From positions 8,742,001 through 8,806,000 of the forward strand of contig OZ038379.1 of assembly GCA_964036045.1 (NCBI GenBank): a stretch of 64,000 bases of DNA, in the 5' to 3' direction. Both the position numbers and the translations under genes were made by a program. The notes under the pieces were generated by a model. It did no database searches, was not told the DNA's origin, and was given only the letters and a program-made list of their open reading frames with translations. Shown here piece by piece: positions 17,601-29,760 of this stretch; within the stretch, counting starts at the first letter, position 1, and the number at the start of each line of letters is the position of its first letter. This stretch comes from Eutreptiella sp. 'Long Island Sound 2002' (taxonomy: Eukaryota; Protista; Euglenida).

Positions 17601-18156
17601 AATGGGGCGGGGGGGGGGCTTAGGAGCGCGGCGCTCTGCCTGGCTTGGTACGGGGCCGTCGAGCACCGCCGACCGCCGAACTGTCGGGTATGCACCCCCA
17701 GTGCCACAGGTCATCATCATATGGGACTGGTCGCCACGCGACTCAGAGACGAGGCGCGTGCCATGGGCATTTCTGAGCTGCGGGGAGCTCAGACCGGAGC
17801 AGAGTGCAGGGCTGAGGCCGGGGCAGACCGCTTCCTTGTGGGGGCAGTGCAGGGGCCAGCAGGTGTGGGAGGAGGGGGCCTCGTTTGGTGCGGGTGAAGG
17901 ATTGCAGTGGCCGGTCTCAGGGCCCTCACCCGGTCCTGTCCCAGAAACCACCCGCCCATCGGTGGACCGCGCCCTGATGTCATGGCAGATGACCGCCCGC
18001 ATCATCCGAAGTGCAAACAATGCCCTCATCAAAGTTCGCTTTTCAAAGGCAGCGCCTGCGAAACCCAGCGCTGCTGTCAACGAAACAAAAAACCAACGCC
18101 GTCCGTATGGGGAGAGGGGGGGCGTGGGCATGACCCGGGCTGAATGGGACGTTCAC

Positions 18157-18195
<39 letters not shown>
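18157..18195. repeat. (ACAG)n microsatellite
   Basis: Directly visible. Confidence 0.95.
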
Positions 18196-18196
<1 letters not shown>

Positions 18197-20772
18197 TGCG
18201 TATGATTGGCAATGAAGACATGTGGGGCATGGAACGCTAGGTTGTGATGTTCCATGAATGAAAGCAACAAGCGCCCATAGAAGGCAGGACAGGCGGGGAT
18301 TCAGGACAAAACAATAGCCGACCAATGAAAAGCACCACAGTGCTGCTGCACTACCATCGCCACAGCTACACATTGGAATTGCACCATTTTTATCTGCAGG
18401 GGATCTCACGACGGCGTGCAAACAAGACTCGTGCAGGCTGGGGGTCGAGATTTCCTGGACGGACCCCGCGCTTACGTGCTGACCCTTGCCAGAGCATTGG
18501 CGTGGGGCACTGGCTCTGGAGGTGCACATGCAACACATGGGGGCATGTCCAAGGCCCCCCCTTGAGGGCTGCGCATTCGATCTGGACAGTTTTCATTTTC
18601 ACGGACACCCAGGCCCCGCCGCATGTGCCAGTCCCCAGCCTCCCCACATGCACCCCAGGGTCTGCAATGTGCCGCGCCCCGTGGGGATTACCGAAATGCT
18701 GCCATTTGGACCCCGGTCATGCTGGGCACAAGGCGGTGGTCCATGCGGAGGGAGTCGATGAATAACTGCGCGAATTCCTGTGACGAGAACCGGACTGCGA
18801 CTTGGAGAGAGATCAGAACCCAGACCGACGAGAAATCACGTGACAACCGATTGCGCTGGTCGCATGCTCATTGGTACGCGCGCGTGCGCGCACATCACCC
18901 CTGCGCATCCGAGTGACGACAGGTCCCACGGCATGTGGCCCGTTGAGTGTACGTACTGGGGTGCAGACGCGCAGTGGCTGCTCCGACCCCCCCCCTCGCA
19001 TTGCCGTGCCCAGCACTGGGAAAGCCGAGGCTGAGGCTGCTCGCAGCTCCTCCCGACCGTTGGTTGGGGCAGTGCTGCGGGGATTGTCCCGGCATCCCCC
19101 ACCGAACACATCCCACAGCTCGACCCGCCCTTGGGCGGGGTCCTCCACCGATCACGTCCCGGAGGGGGGGCTGCACAGAGGCCCGTGGGGTATCACCTGT
19201 GGTCCGTGCCCGTTGGTGACCTGAGGGATGTCACGTGTGGCAGGAGCAAGCGCCGGGGGTGGAGGGGCTGGAGGGGGGTGGGGATAGCGGGACGAGGGGC
19301 TGGGGCGCCAATGGTCCCGTCCACATTGCACCCGGTGGCAGTCCGCCGGACTGTGGGCTGTGCTGGATGCCTCAATGCCGTGCAGGGGCAGGGGGGGGGG
19401 GGGGTGCGTCGCCGTAAAGGCACAGTAGATGTGCCGGCAAGCAGACGCTGCTGAAATTTGGTGAGTGAGAGCGGGTCGGTTGTCCCTCTGCTCACGAGTG
19501 CTACTCCTGCCCCGTGGCGTTCACTGTCATGCCGGCGCCGGCAATGCTCCACACCCGGTCACTTGTGTGGAGGGTGCCCTTTGATTGGAGGTGAAGCCCC
19601 AAGGCCCAGGAGGTTTCCGCATCACCAATTGGTCCCCATCGGTGGTGTGCTGCGTTTTCAGGCAGTTTGCAGCCCCCCCCTCACCACCCCACCCACCCGC
19701 AAGGCCCAGCCCCCGCCCACACCCCTTCCCGCGCGCGCCTACACACAGGACGACGGTATCTTCCACCCACCTGCGCTTCGGTGGGGTCTGGTGGCTGTCG
19801 ATAGTCCGCTCGGCCTTGGAACCGGACAGTCAGGTAGTTCAGCCTCGTGGTGGGGCAGGGAAGGAAGCCCACACCCGAGGGCCTGCTCCTGCATGAGGCC
19901 GCCAGCCCAACCCAACCCAACCCACCACCCCGCCCCGTTTCTTGCAGTGCGCTGACGGCAGCGGCATTAAGGCAGGTCACGGTAAGTGGGGGGGGGGGGG
20001 GCTGGGGGGGGGGTGAGGGTGGAATGTGTGTCGCACTTCTCACACTAGCCTCTTGTCTCCTTCGGCCTCTCGTTTCCAAGTGCAGCCCTGGGGCTGGCAT
20101 CCCCTCCCTCCTTCACCCCCTGTGCGTGCCATTCCCCCACCAGCGCGATCTCCGGGCACTCTCTGAGAGTCCGCCTGGCGGTCACCTGTGCTCCGCGCAC
20201 TCCGCGCCAAGGAAGGGGCTGGGGGTGGGGCCAGAGCGGGGCGACGGGGGCGCTGCGGGTGACCTCACTGCCATCCCAGTTCCGCATGACCGCGTGCGAT
20301 GGGGACCAGCCGGAGGCATGTCCGAAGCGGTCGCACGATCCGTCACAAACACGGCAGACAAATGGCACCGCAAACACACACCTCTTCGGACAACCCCTCG
20401 GGCCTTGGCAGGTCACCCACCCCCTTGACCTGCAACACAACAGGAAGCGGGACCTGAGGTTGCTCAGCACGGGCACTGCGGCCTGCAGACGGGCGCCATG
20501 CTCACCCAACGCCCAGAAATCCCCGACACGGCCGACAACGTTCCCGGGGGAAAATGGGAACATAGGTCGGAAATGGAGGGAGATGGGGGGGGTAATAGGG
20601 GAAATGGGTTAGTTTTCCAAAAACGACGCATCTTCACCCATCTTTCCATATTTCGCCGTGTTTCAGAATGGTCTTCCGGCAAGCTTCCGTTGGTGGGAAT
20701 TTCTGGGCCTTGCTCACTGACTGGTGGGGCGGGGCGGGGGGGGCATTAGGGCAGAGGGCCAGCCCCAGCCGA

Positions 20773-21040
20773 CCCCCTGTGTGACATTCCGTCTGGTTGT
20801 TGTTCCTTTACGGGGCCCTGGACGGTCACCCGTTCTTCCCTTCGCATGTTGCGTCGGGTCGCTGCTTTCTGTCGGCCGCTGCGGCCGGTGCTCTTGCTGG
20901 TGTCGTTTCCGCGTTCGCGGAGCCCAGTAGTTGGTGTGCTGGGAATGTGCTGAATGTGGCAGTATGTGCCGTTTGCGCGTCAGCGGCGCCCAGTAGTTGG
21001 CGTATCGAGGATGTGCTGGTTGTTGCCGGGGTCGTTTGAC
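20773..21040. mobile_element. Interspersed repeat fragment sharing the CCCCCTGTGTGAC terminus with the 37764-37952 hairpin element
   Basis: Shares ccccctgtgtgaca, tttacggggccctggac and cacccgtt...cgcatg motifs with 37764-37952. No second terminus seen. Confidence 0.55.
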
Positions 21041-21455
21041 TGTTTTTGCTGTCCACACACCTCTGTCCACAGGCCGTCCGTAGCCTGCCTCGCTGTGTTT
21101 CTGTGTGCGTGAGGCCCAGGTGCCCTGTTCCTCCACGCGCTGTCCCGCCCCCCCCCCCAATGTGAAAAACTGTCCTCAGAAAAATGCCTTTCAGTCAAGA
21201 GACCCGACGTTGGAGGCCGGTCTCAGGGACACAAACTGTTGCTGGGCGTCCGACCCTTCCACTCTGCCGCTCAACAGGGGCCTGCGGGGCGCGACGGGCA
21301 CCCAAGCGGGGCTGACGGAGCGTCGCCGGCGACCGCAACGCCCCAACGCGCTCGTCCGGAGGGCAATGAGCGATGAGGGGGACCATGTCCGCAGACGGTG
21401 CGGCGTGACCCACCGCGCGCTTTCCTGGCACACGGGCATCCCCCAAGGCCATGAC

Positions 21456-21976
21456 TGTTGTTAGACGGGGCGTCTTAGCAAATCTAAGACGCATGCAAGA
21501 CGCACCGTCTGTAGTCTGTAGACGCGGTCTGCCCCAAGTAGACGCGGTCTGCCAGGTGTAGACGCGGTCTGCCCCAAGTAGACGCGGTCTGCCCCAAGTA
21601 GACGCGGTCTGCCCCAAGTAGACGCGGTCTGCCCCAAGTAGACGCGGTCTGCCCCAAGTAGACGCGGTCTGCCCCAAGTAGACGCGGTCTGCCCCAAGTA
21701 GACGCGGGCTGCCCCAAGTAGACGCGGTCTGCCCCAAGTAGACGCGGTCTGCCCCAAGTAGACGCGGTCTGCCCCAAGTAGACGCGGTCTGCCCCAAGTA
21801 GACGCGGTCTGCCCCAAGTAGACGCGGTCTGCCCCAAGTAGACGCGGGCTGCCAATTGTAGACGCCGTCGGCATGTGGCCCCCTTCCCCCAGAACGGTCC
21901 GCCGGCATCGTTTACCCGTGCACATGGAAGGCGCATGTCAGACGCCCACGAATCTAAGACCCCCCGTCTTACAACA
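21456..21976. mobile_element. MITE-like element with 23-bp TIRs (TGTTG...CAACA) filled by a 20-bp minisatellite
   Basis: Left tgttgttagacggggcgtcttag vs reverse complement of right tgttgtaagacggggggtcttag: 21/23 match. No clear TSD. Confidence 0.75.
21518..21866. repeat. 20-bp tandem array, ~17 copies
   Basis: Unit gtagacgcggtctgccccaa, nearly perfect, with no spacers. Confidence 0.97.
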
Positions 21977-22874
21977 CCCCCCCCCCCAAGGCCGTCTCGG
22001 GCAACGCACAGACCACGCGTATCGGCCCTCGAGGCCTCACGGCTCCGGGGAGGCCCGTCCGCACCGGCTCCAATGCCACACACCCCCCAACCGCCGGTCG
22101 AAAAGGAGAGGCAGCGTGGGGGCAGCGCCGGTGAAGCTTTCCCGACGTCTCTGTGCGCGAGAGGGGGGGGGGGGGGTGGCGTAAAAGCCAGCGCATCGAA
22201 AAGGGGCGGGAAGTCACCGCCTTTTGTGGCGGAGCCGTAATTTGCAGTCACGGCTGCTCTGGGCAGGCCTGGTGCCCACTGGTAGCGCCGGGGGGGGGGG
22301 GGGGGCAAATTGTTTTAGAGGCTTTGGGGGCGGTATTGAAGTGGCTGTTTCATTTGAGCATTTTTCATAAACGCAGGTCCGGGGGGTGCACCCCCCATTT
22401 ACGATGGACCACTCAGGGCGGAAAATGGGGGAACACGGAGGCCAAAAAAAAAGGTTTCCAGATGCCGCTGGCGCCCAAGTCGGGTGCTCGTCATTGATCA
22501 CCGACGTGTGTGGGTTGGGGGGTCCCTGAGGGGGGGTCCTCCCCGACCCGTAAGCCCCCCCCCCCCCCCGTGAATCACATCCCCGCGGCACTTCTCCACT
22601 GGCTGTGCCCTCTTGATGTGGCACCTCAAGGGGGCCACTCGGGGGCTTTTCTGGACGAGAATAGCCTCCCGGTGCAAAACCCCCACCAAACACAGTGCGG
22701 TTTCCCTGTGCATGTGACATGCCTGTGTTGCCGTGGAAACCGGGCCACCGGCTGAGAAGGGGGCGTGCATACCCTCGCATGGTGTCACTTTCGACCGCGC
22801 GACTGCGGCTGTTGCTTGGGCTGGGGGTCTGCGGACCCTCGAGCCCGAGTGCCGAGGCGCGGGGGGGGGGGGGG

Positions 22875-23008
22875 GTAGGTGAGCATGACCCGCAGACTGC
22901 ACAACCCCCGGATCCGTCCCACGGATGTGCCCCATCGACGTCCACAAAGGCGGACACAGTGGAACGGGTTGAGGGCGAGAATCCACAGAAGCACGGAGAA
23001 GCTGATGC
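22875..23008 (+). repeat. Dispersed ~135-bp repeat (inverted copy at 35008-35141)
   Basis: gtaggtgagcatgacccgcagactgcac...agcacggagaagctgatgc is present at both sites in opposite orientation. Confidence 0.85.
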
Positions 23009-23614
23009 CGCGCCGTCGCAGGGGCGGCAGTCCGCGTCCCGGACGCGTCATGTGGATGCGGTGGACGGGGCAGAGGGGCACGACAGCGGGAGGACGCAGG
23101 CGATGCCTTGGGTGCTGCGTGCAAAGCGCTGGAGCCGGGCCCCGCAGCCGCACAGGCCGAGCATCGCGCCGCGCGTGGGCCCCACTGAATGAGCGCACGT
23201 CCGGCCCCGTCGCATGAGGCCCGAACAAACGAGCGCGACCCCCTCAGCGCAGGGGGATCACCAGACCCCCCCCCCAAGGCTTTGAAAGAGCCTGACTGCT
23301 CCATCCATCACGCGGCCGAGACTCATGCGGGGCCCCGTCCGTGGCCTCCATGGGCCCTGCCCATCCTCTGCCCCCCCCATTGGCACACCTTCCCGTCCAC
23401 TTCATGACTCATGACCATGAAAGAGCACCCCACAGACCGCACAGTCCTGCACATGCGAAAGCCAGAGAAAGGCCGAGTGCACGCAGCAGACGTGAGCCGC
23501 CCACAGACACAGCAGGACTATATTGTGCATCCGCCCGCCCCGTTGTCCATGCCGGAGTCATGCCCCAAAGTATTACGGCCCCTCGGGGTGGCTGGATCCG
23601 CTGCTGTGCGCGTA

Positions 23615-24030
23615 CCCCCCCTCCCCCTGTGCCCAGGAACCGGCAATGTTTGACCGCGGAACCAGCGGGCGGTTCTTGCGCACGCTTTTCCCACAAAATT
23701 CGACCGCGGAACCAGGGGTTGGTTCTTGCGCATGACCGTGGGCAGCCCCGTACCGCGGAAAGAAAATTTTTTCCGGCGCGTTGCGCCGTGACATGCGCGC
23801 CCTCTCCTTTCCCACAGTTAACCACGTTGACAAATGAACACCAAAGGAGTGATGGGGGGACCCGTAGCAACACACATGAAATGATGTCCTGCACACCTGA
23901 ATAGCTGTCCTACATCCACCAGAACCATGAAAAACCCAATACCCTGGTAAAAAAAAGGGGTGCGAGAATTCGACCGCGGAACCAGGGAGCGGTTCTTGCG
24001 CAAGGTGGTTCCTAGGCACGGGGGGGGGGG
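23615..24030. mobile_element. MITE with CCC...GGG TIRs and TA target duplication
   Basis: TA|ccccccctccccctgtgcccaggaacc ... ggttcctaggcacggggggggggg|TA. Three internal (c/t)gaccgcggaaccag..ggttcttgcgca repeats. Confidence 0.8.
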
Positions 24031-24061
24031 TACCGACCGCCTATCAGTTCAATGGCAATGA

Positions 24062-27000
24062 TCAAGAGAGCCGCCGGGTGCGGAGAGAGGGCTGCAGGGT
24101 GCGGGTGTGGCATTGGCGCAGGGCATTGACGTAATGGTTGTCAACAACCCTGAAGCAGGCAACTACCATCCGGGCGTGTGGTCGTGGAGTGGAGTGGAGT
24201 GGAGGACGGCCGGTTGAGGTAGGATGTGGGGTGGAATGGAGTGAAATGCGCAGTGGAATGGAGGGGGGTGTGACCTAATTAAAAAACAGACAAATGCAAA
24301 CCAGAGGCAATGCACTCCACAGTCAGGCATAAGTGCATCTTTATTCTCTATGCCAAACCTGGTTAAACCTCAAGACACACACTGTGTCTGAAACAGAAAA
24401 CAGAACATCATGTCTGACTACATTAGTCAGACAATCACAGTCAGTAGCTGTCAGTCAGACATCAGCAATCAGTGTCGGATAAAGACACCATGGAATGGAG
24501 GGGGGGGTGGGGGCTGGACTGGACGGTCGAAGGGAATGTGGGGGTGGGTGGAGAGGATTGGAGTGGGGGCACGTGCAGTGGTGTGGGGTGGTGTGTGGCG
24601 TGCATTGTGGCGCAGTGCAGTGCAGTGTAGCGCAGTGCAGTGCAGTGCAGTGCAGTGCAGTGGGATTGAGTGGGGCAGAGTGGACGGCAAATTGTCTTGG
24701 GAGTGATGTGTAGCATGGAACAGAGTCATGGGGTCCGGGGCGGGGGCACAAAGGAGCACCTCAGCTGCGCTTGCTGATCGGGGGCCACGAGTCGTGCGGC
24801 CACAGTGTACGGCACCACAAATATGTGATGCGGAAACAGCTGCAACAAAGAGAGAGAAGGAGAGACGTTGCGCACCAGCGCCGCAGGGCGCAGCAAATGC
24901 AGCTTCGACGACTGTGGGGATAGGGGGGGGGGCTGGAGGGACGGTCGAGTGGCGTAGGCGTGTTTGAGTGTACCCCTGGACCCCGACCAATGCGGATCAG
25001 GGGGAGGGGGGTAACAACATCCCCTCGCAGAGGGTGGGGGGGGGGGGGGGAACCATGGGACACCCCTGGGCACGAGCGTGTAGCAGTACACTCACTGCGG
25101 CCTACCGCCGGGGTTTGCTTTTGTGACAGCCGCGCATCGCTTTGACACGTCTGCAAACACCGCATCCCCACACCCCCACTCCGGGCCTATTCACGTAACC
25201 CCCCCCCACTCCCCCATGGGGCCCACCACCCTTGCACGGTCCCTTTGGGGGGGGGGGGGGGTCACTTGCCCCCAAGAGCCCCTAAGAACAGTTTCCTCCG
25301 ATTACAACGGAGGGGGAAGGTCCGGTTTGGGTCCTCGCGGATGCCCCCCCCCCCCACCCCCCCAGCCCCCCAGCGGTGTGTTTTTGGTGACCGCTCCTCC
25401 CGGGCATTGGGGGTTGGGGGCACTGTTGACCGTTCTGGGGGCGGCGGGGTACTGTCATGGCGTGGCCCCGTCGCTCCACTAACATACAAATCATTGGTGC
25501 GCGTCAGACAAGCGCTAGCCCACAGGAAGCGTGAGAATGAGGGGGTTGGGTTGGGTTGGGTCTGGGCCTGCGCCAAAGGTGGGGTCCCACGGCCTGTGTG
25601 ACCGTACCTCACCGGCACGCCCGGGCCCCGACTGCTGACGCTCGCCGAACCTCACCAAAGGCGCTGGCGAGAGGGAGTGACAATGGGGGGGCGGGGGGGC
25701 TGCATAGAGGCTGGTCGGGTACCGCACAGTACGGCCCGTGCCCAGTGCCATGTGGGTCAGTTCTGGGGGGGGGTTAGGGGGTGCAGCCTTGAGAGTGCAG
25801 GGGATGGGGGGGTCCATAAAGGCTGGCTGGGCCCCGTGCAGCACAACAACACGGCCCAGGCCGGGCGGCCCTTTTGCGGATGGGGTCGGCCAAGTCGCAT
25901 ACTTTCGCTTTTTCTTCGAACGTGGTCGTGTACGTGAGCATCAGGTCGAACTTGCCCCGGAACGGTTTTGCACGTTGTTGCAGTCCCTTGAGGATGACGG
26001 AAAGGGGGGGGGGGTGAGGGAGGGGCCTCGCAAACAGGCGCCTGCCCTATGCCGATTGGACCACTGTCCGTGGCCCCGCTCTGCGCCCCAACGCTACCGG
26101 CCATCCGCTGCGCCGGACGTCACGCCGCGTGCGCCACGCCGGTACGCATCCGCGCACACGTTGGGCTGCCCAGGAAAACAAACACAACACAAGAAAAGCG
26201 GTTGGAGAGCACTCCTCAGGAGCCGCAGAGCAGCCCTTGACATCTTCCGTTGTGCAGTGGAGTTGAAAGGGGGTGCGGAATGGCCTGTACCCAGTGCGCG
26301 GAAGAGCAGCGCGTGCCTGCCTGGGGGAGGGGGAGGCGTGAGTGTGGGGTATGCGGGGGCTGTGTGTGCAACGTCGGGTGGGCGCACCCAGCGCTTCAGC
26401 AAAGGCACGGGCTACGATGCGGATGCATTAGCTCGATTGGGATCGGGGGGGCGTTGGGGGGGGGGGGGGGTTGGCGTGACCCCCAACAAATGCACGCAGG
26501 CCGGCCGGCAGGCAGACAGGGAAGGACCTGTGCAGAAGTACGTGGGGCAGGAGGGGGGCAAAGCGCTGGGGGCCGTCACCGGTCGTGTAGCGAGGGGACA
26601 GAGACATGCAGCACGCGCCATCAGACAAGGACTCCCCCGGCGTACCGCACAGACCAGGGGTGGTCAGAGGAGGCCCTCGGGGCCCATCCGGGGCTTCGGG
26701 GCCGGGGCCACGGCTCAGGGCACACACCAACCCCCGAACCGCACGGACACACGGCCCCCCGTGGCCACCGTTGCCCATGTGGTCGCCACACGTGTGTCTC
26801 CCCCAGCGCCCCGCCTCCGCGCCACGCGCCGGTGCCGGTCCGCTCGTCCCCGTGGCAACGCAGACCACACCCCCCATCGGCATCCGCGTCCTGCTGCGCC
26901 GTGACCACTGCAACACGCTCACTCGCACACGGTACCCTCCCCACCCCTGTCCGCCCCCCCCCCCCAAAGGAGAGGCGGATCCCCCTCACCCCCGGGGGGA

Positions 27001-29760
27001 AGGTTGCCAAGTGAGGCCCCCCACCCCAGCCCCCCAGGGAACCGTACCACCACCGTACACGCACACTGTGGGGCACAGAAATGGCAGCTGAAAATGAAAT
27101 AACAAAGCAGAAGAAACGTTCATGTGCAGAGATTGTCAAGGTCAATACACAATGAGAACGGAAAGCAAGTGTGCCAACGATAGGACAAGCGTGCGTGTGT
27201 TCCATGGGCTGCCAATGTAGTGAAACTTACTCCTTGAGTGGCTTGGTGTAAAATTTCTTCGCCCTGCTCCATTTGACCTTAACTCATGAACATGGTCCCG
27301 CCGAAGTACAGGGGATACAAGTGGCAGTGCCTCACAACACATGGACCCTCAAGACAACACAGTGACCCGCAACAAAATTTTAGTGTTGACCAAGTGACGC
27401 CCCCCCCCCCCGACCCCCCGCGGAAGGGCAGGGGAAGGGGGGAGGACAATGGGGCGAAGGGTACAACGGGGGTGGGGTGGGGTGAGGTGAGGTCCTGGGC
27501 ATCCTCCAGGTGCAGCGCACCATAATTATGATGATGAGGGCTGTGGGATTAGAGCGCCGGATGCCCCGCTGTTGCACTCGTGCCGTGCTGGTGGTCATTC
27601 CCCGGTGCCCAAAAGGATTCGAACCGGGCACCTCTAGTTCAGGGGTGTCATGTTGCACCTCGTTTCCTCTTAAGTGATGCCACGGACTCCTTCACTGCCA
27701 GACTTCTGACCGGGTCATCCCCTTTGCCTGGCCAAATGCCCCTTCCAGTACCGCGGCGCTCTCCAACCGCTGAGGTCGCATGAGCGGACGGCGTCAGGCA
27801 GACCGCCACCCCCGTTGTCTGGGGTGTGCTGCGACGGAACGCACGCGCGGACGGACGGACCACACGCTGAGCGGCGCAACGGGCGACTGGGGGGTCGCGG
27901 GCCCACCTGCTCGTCGAGAGGGGCACGCCCCTTATCCAACGCCGATGTCTCAAAGAATACGTGCACCTGCTTCTTGGGGGCCTTCCCGGCGGCCGAGGCC
28001 ACGGCCTGACAGAGAACATGGGGGCCCATGGCGTTTGGCAAAGCAGTGGAGGGGCTGCCGCTTGCAGATCACGAAGACAGTCGTCCCAGACCCACAGTGC
28101 GCGGTCTTCGGGCCGTCACAGAACTCCTTCCCAATCCAATCCAAGATGCCGTCACCCCCCGTGCCCCCTCCCTCTCCCCCTCGGCCTGCGGCGTTTTCCC
28201 TTGTGACTGCCCCGTACCGCTGGGCTGAGGGGCTGGGAACTGCTGCGTCGCACTGGGGGCACATGGGCCTGGCAGCCAGTGGGTGGGCCGCCACAGGTGC
28301 GAGAGGACCCGTATCGTCACGAAATGAAGACCCAAACCCAAATTTCTGCAAATTCTCAGGTGCCACCGGACAGCCCACAAACGGCAATTTCAGGGCTTTC
28401 GGGGGCTAGGGCGCGCCAGCAATCCACTGCTCGCCGAGGGTTCTTTTATCGGTTCGAGAGGTGTAGAGGGTTTCAGACACCAATCCCGCCTACTGCTGCG
28501 CACCGATGGGAGGATGCCTCCTGCCGACCTGAGTTACTGTGTACCGCGACCGCCTCGAGCGGTGTACTGTACGCCGTGCATAAGCGGCTCCTCTAGTCCA
28601 CTGGGACCAAACATTGTGGGGGGGAGCCGATCGCCTGTCGGGGCGATTCTTACTCTCTGACCCTCCACCCCCCCGTGAACCGGTGTACAGGGCTGCCAGC
28701 ACCACATTGAATACACAATCAGGGGTGAATGGGGTTTCACTGGGGCGGGGGGCGGGGGTTACAATAGAGCCCCTTGGATTCTTTGGCCCTTGTTGGGGTC
28801 TGCACGTGGCAAACGGTGCAAGAAAATCAGGCCACAGAATCAAACTTGATAACCCCGGTACCATGTGGTCCAACGTGTCGTGCCTTTGTCACAATGGAAC
28901 GGGAAGTGCGTACCTGCTGCTCAATGCACATGCCCTGCGGTGGACCGTACATTCTATCGTTCGAGTGACATGCGATGGACATGCATGCGTCATGGACATT
29001 GTTAGTGGTAGGCCAGCGTCGACAAAATTGTCCTTCTGGCGCCTTCGGCGCGAATGGAAACAACAGCCCGTGTCAATTGAACCCATTCCCCAACTCCCCC
29101 AACCCCACCCCACGCCCCCAGTAAAAGTCCATCGTCCCCAGCGACCCAGTGTGGTCTTTCATGGACAAAAGAATGCTGGGGCCCCGTCACGCTCCACGCA
29201 GCATGGGGAAGCACTCCTTGGGGGAGTGCTGCTGACTGTCGCCTGTCCATTCCCCAACCGACGTCTAATCGCCAGCGGTTGCCGTCGGTTCCCCGGAACG
29301 TTCCATCGGTTAGTCATCAACTGCTGTTGGTTGGCCATCAAGCGCCCCTGCGGCGAGGCAGCAGAGGACCTGGAGTCGCTTGTACCAGCTTGCCACCAGG
29401 ACTCCCGATGTGAGCGGTGTCAATGGACCGTGTGAGCGCAGGTCACACACACCGACCGCAGTCCCGCCCCGGAGCCCACAAACACCGGCACACCTTTGCG
29501 AGCACCTCGTGATCGGGTGTCAATTGCTCGAAATCCCCACAGAACATCAGCGGAAGGGTGCTGCTCTCGAGACATGGGGCGGGACCATACAGCGTCGTGC
29601 GGTCCCCATGCACATTGAACCATTCCTTGGGGGCCATCAGATCCGTCAGGAATGGAATCACCTCCGCGGGCATGGCGTGCATGATCTGCACCATGAGCCA
29701 GTCCACCAGCTTGGGCACCTCATGGCGATACAGGTACTCCACATCGGGATCCTCCGCCAT
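24062..29760 (-). CDS. Multi-exon gene with N-terminal RIIa/Dpy-30-like docking motif; remainder uncharacterised
   Basis: Exon 1 at 29760-29494 (EYLYRHEVPKLVDWLMVQIMHAMPAEVIPFL, donor AAG|GTGTGC). Phase-compatible candidate exons: 28934-28914, 28005-27907, 27769-27728 (GC donor), 25986-25903, 24839-24760 and 24149-24062, each with an AG acceptor and usually a pyrimidine tract. The gene may continue further downstream. Confidence 0.6.
24612..24660. repeat. (GTGCA)n microsatellite
   Basis: Directly visible. Confidence 0.9.
26935..27461. mobile_element. TA-flanked TIR element, shorter relative of 38134-38859
   Basis: TA|ccctccccacccctgtcc ... ggacaatggggcgaaggg|TA. Internal segments (gtgtaaaatttctt..ctgctcca, gggatacaagtggcagtg, gttgaccaagtgacg) match 38340-38820. 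Confidence 0.7.
27522..27690 (-). mobile_element. tRNA-derived SINE-like sequence
   Basis: Minus strand has CTGAA..CTAGAGGTGCCCGGTTCGAATCC (resembles a tRNA-Phe 3' half, with B box), a short body and a (CAT)n-like tail. Confidence 0.35.
29494..29760 (-). CDS. Exon 1 of RIIa-like motif gene
   Basis: ATG preceded by ttttgcAG. Pattern YL..H.VP.L...L...I....P....FL is typical of RIIa/Dpy-30 dimerization-docking helices. Confidence 0.75.

Noticed and set aside
16951-18240. 429-aa plus-strand ORF
   Set aside because: Starts at a non-ATG codon, has no domain motifs and runs through an (ACAG)n microsatellite; probably chance in GC-rich DNA, possibly including decayed TE sequence.
21518-21866. CRISPR-like array
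   Set aside because: Repeats are contiguous with no unique spacers, there are no cas genes and the context is eukaryotic.
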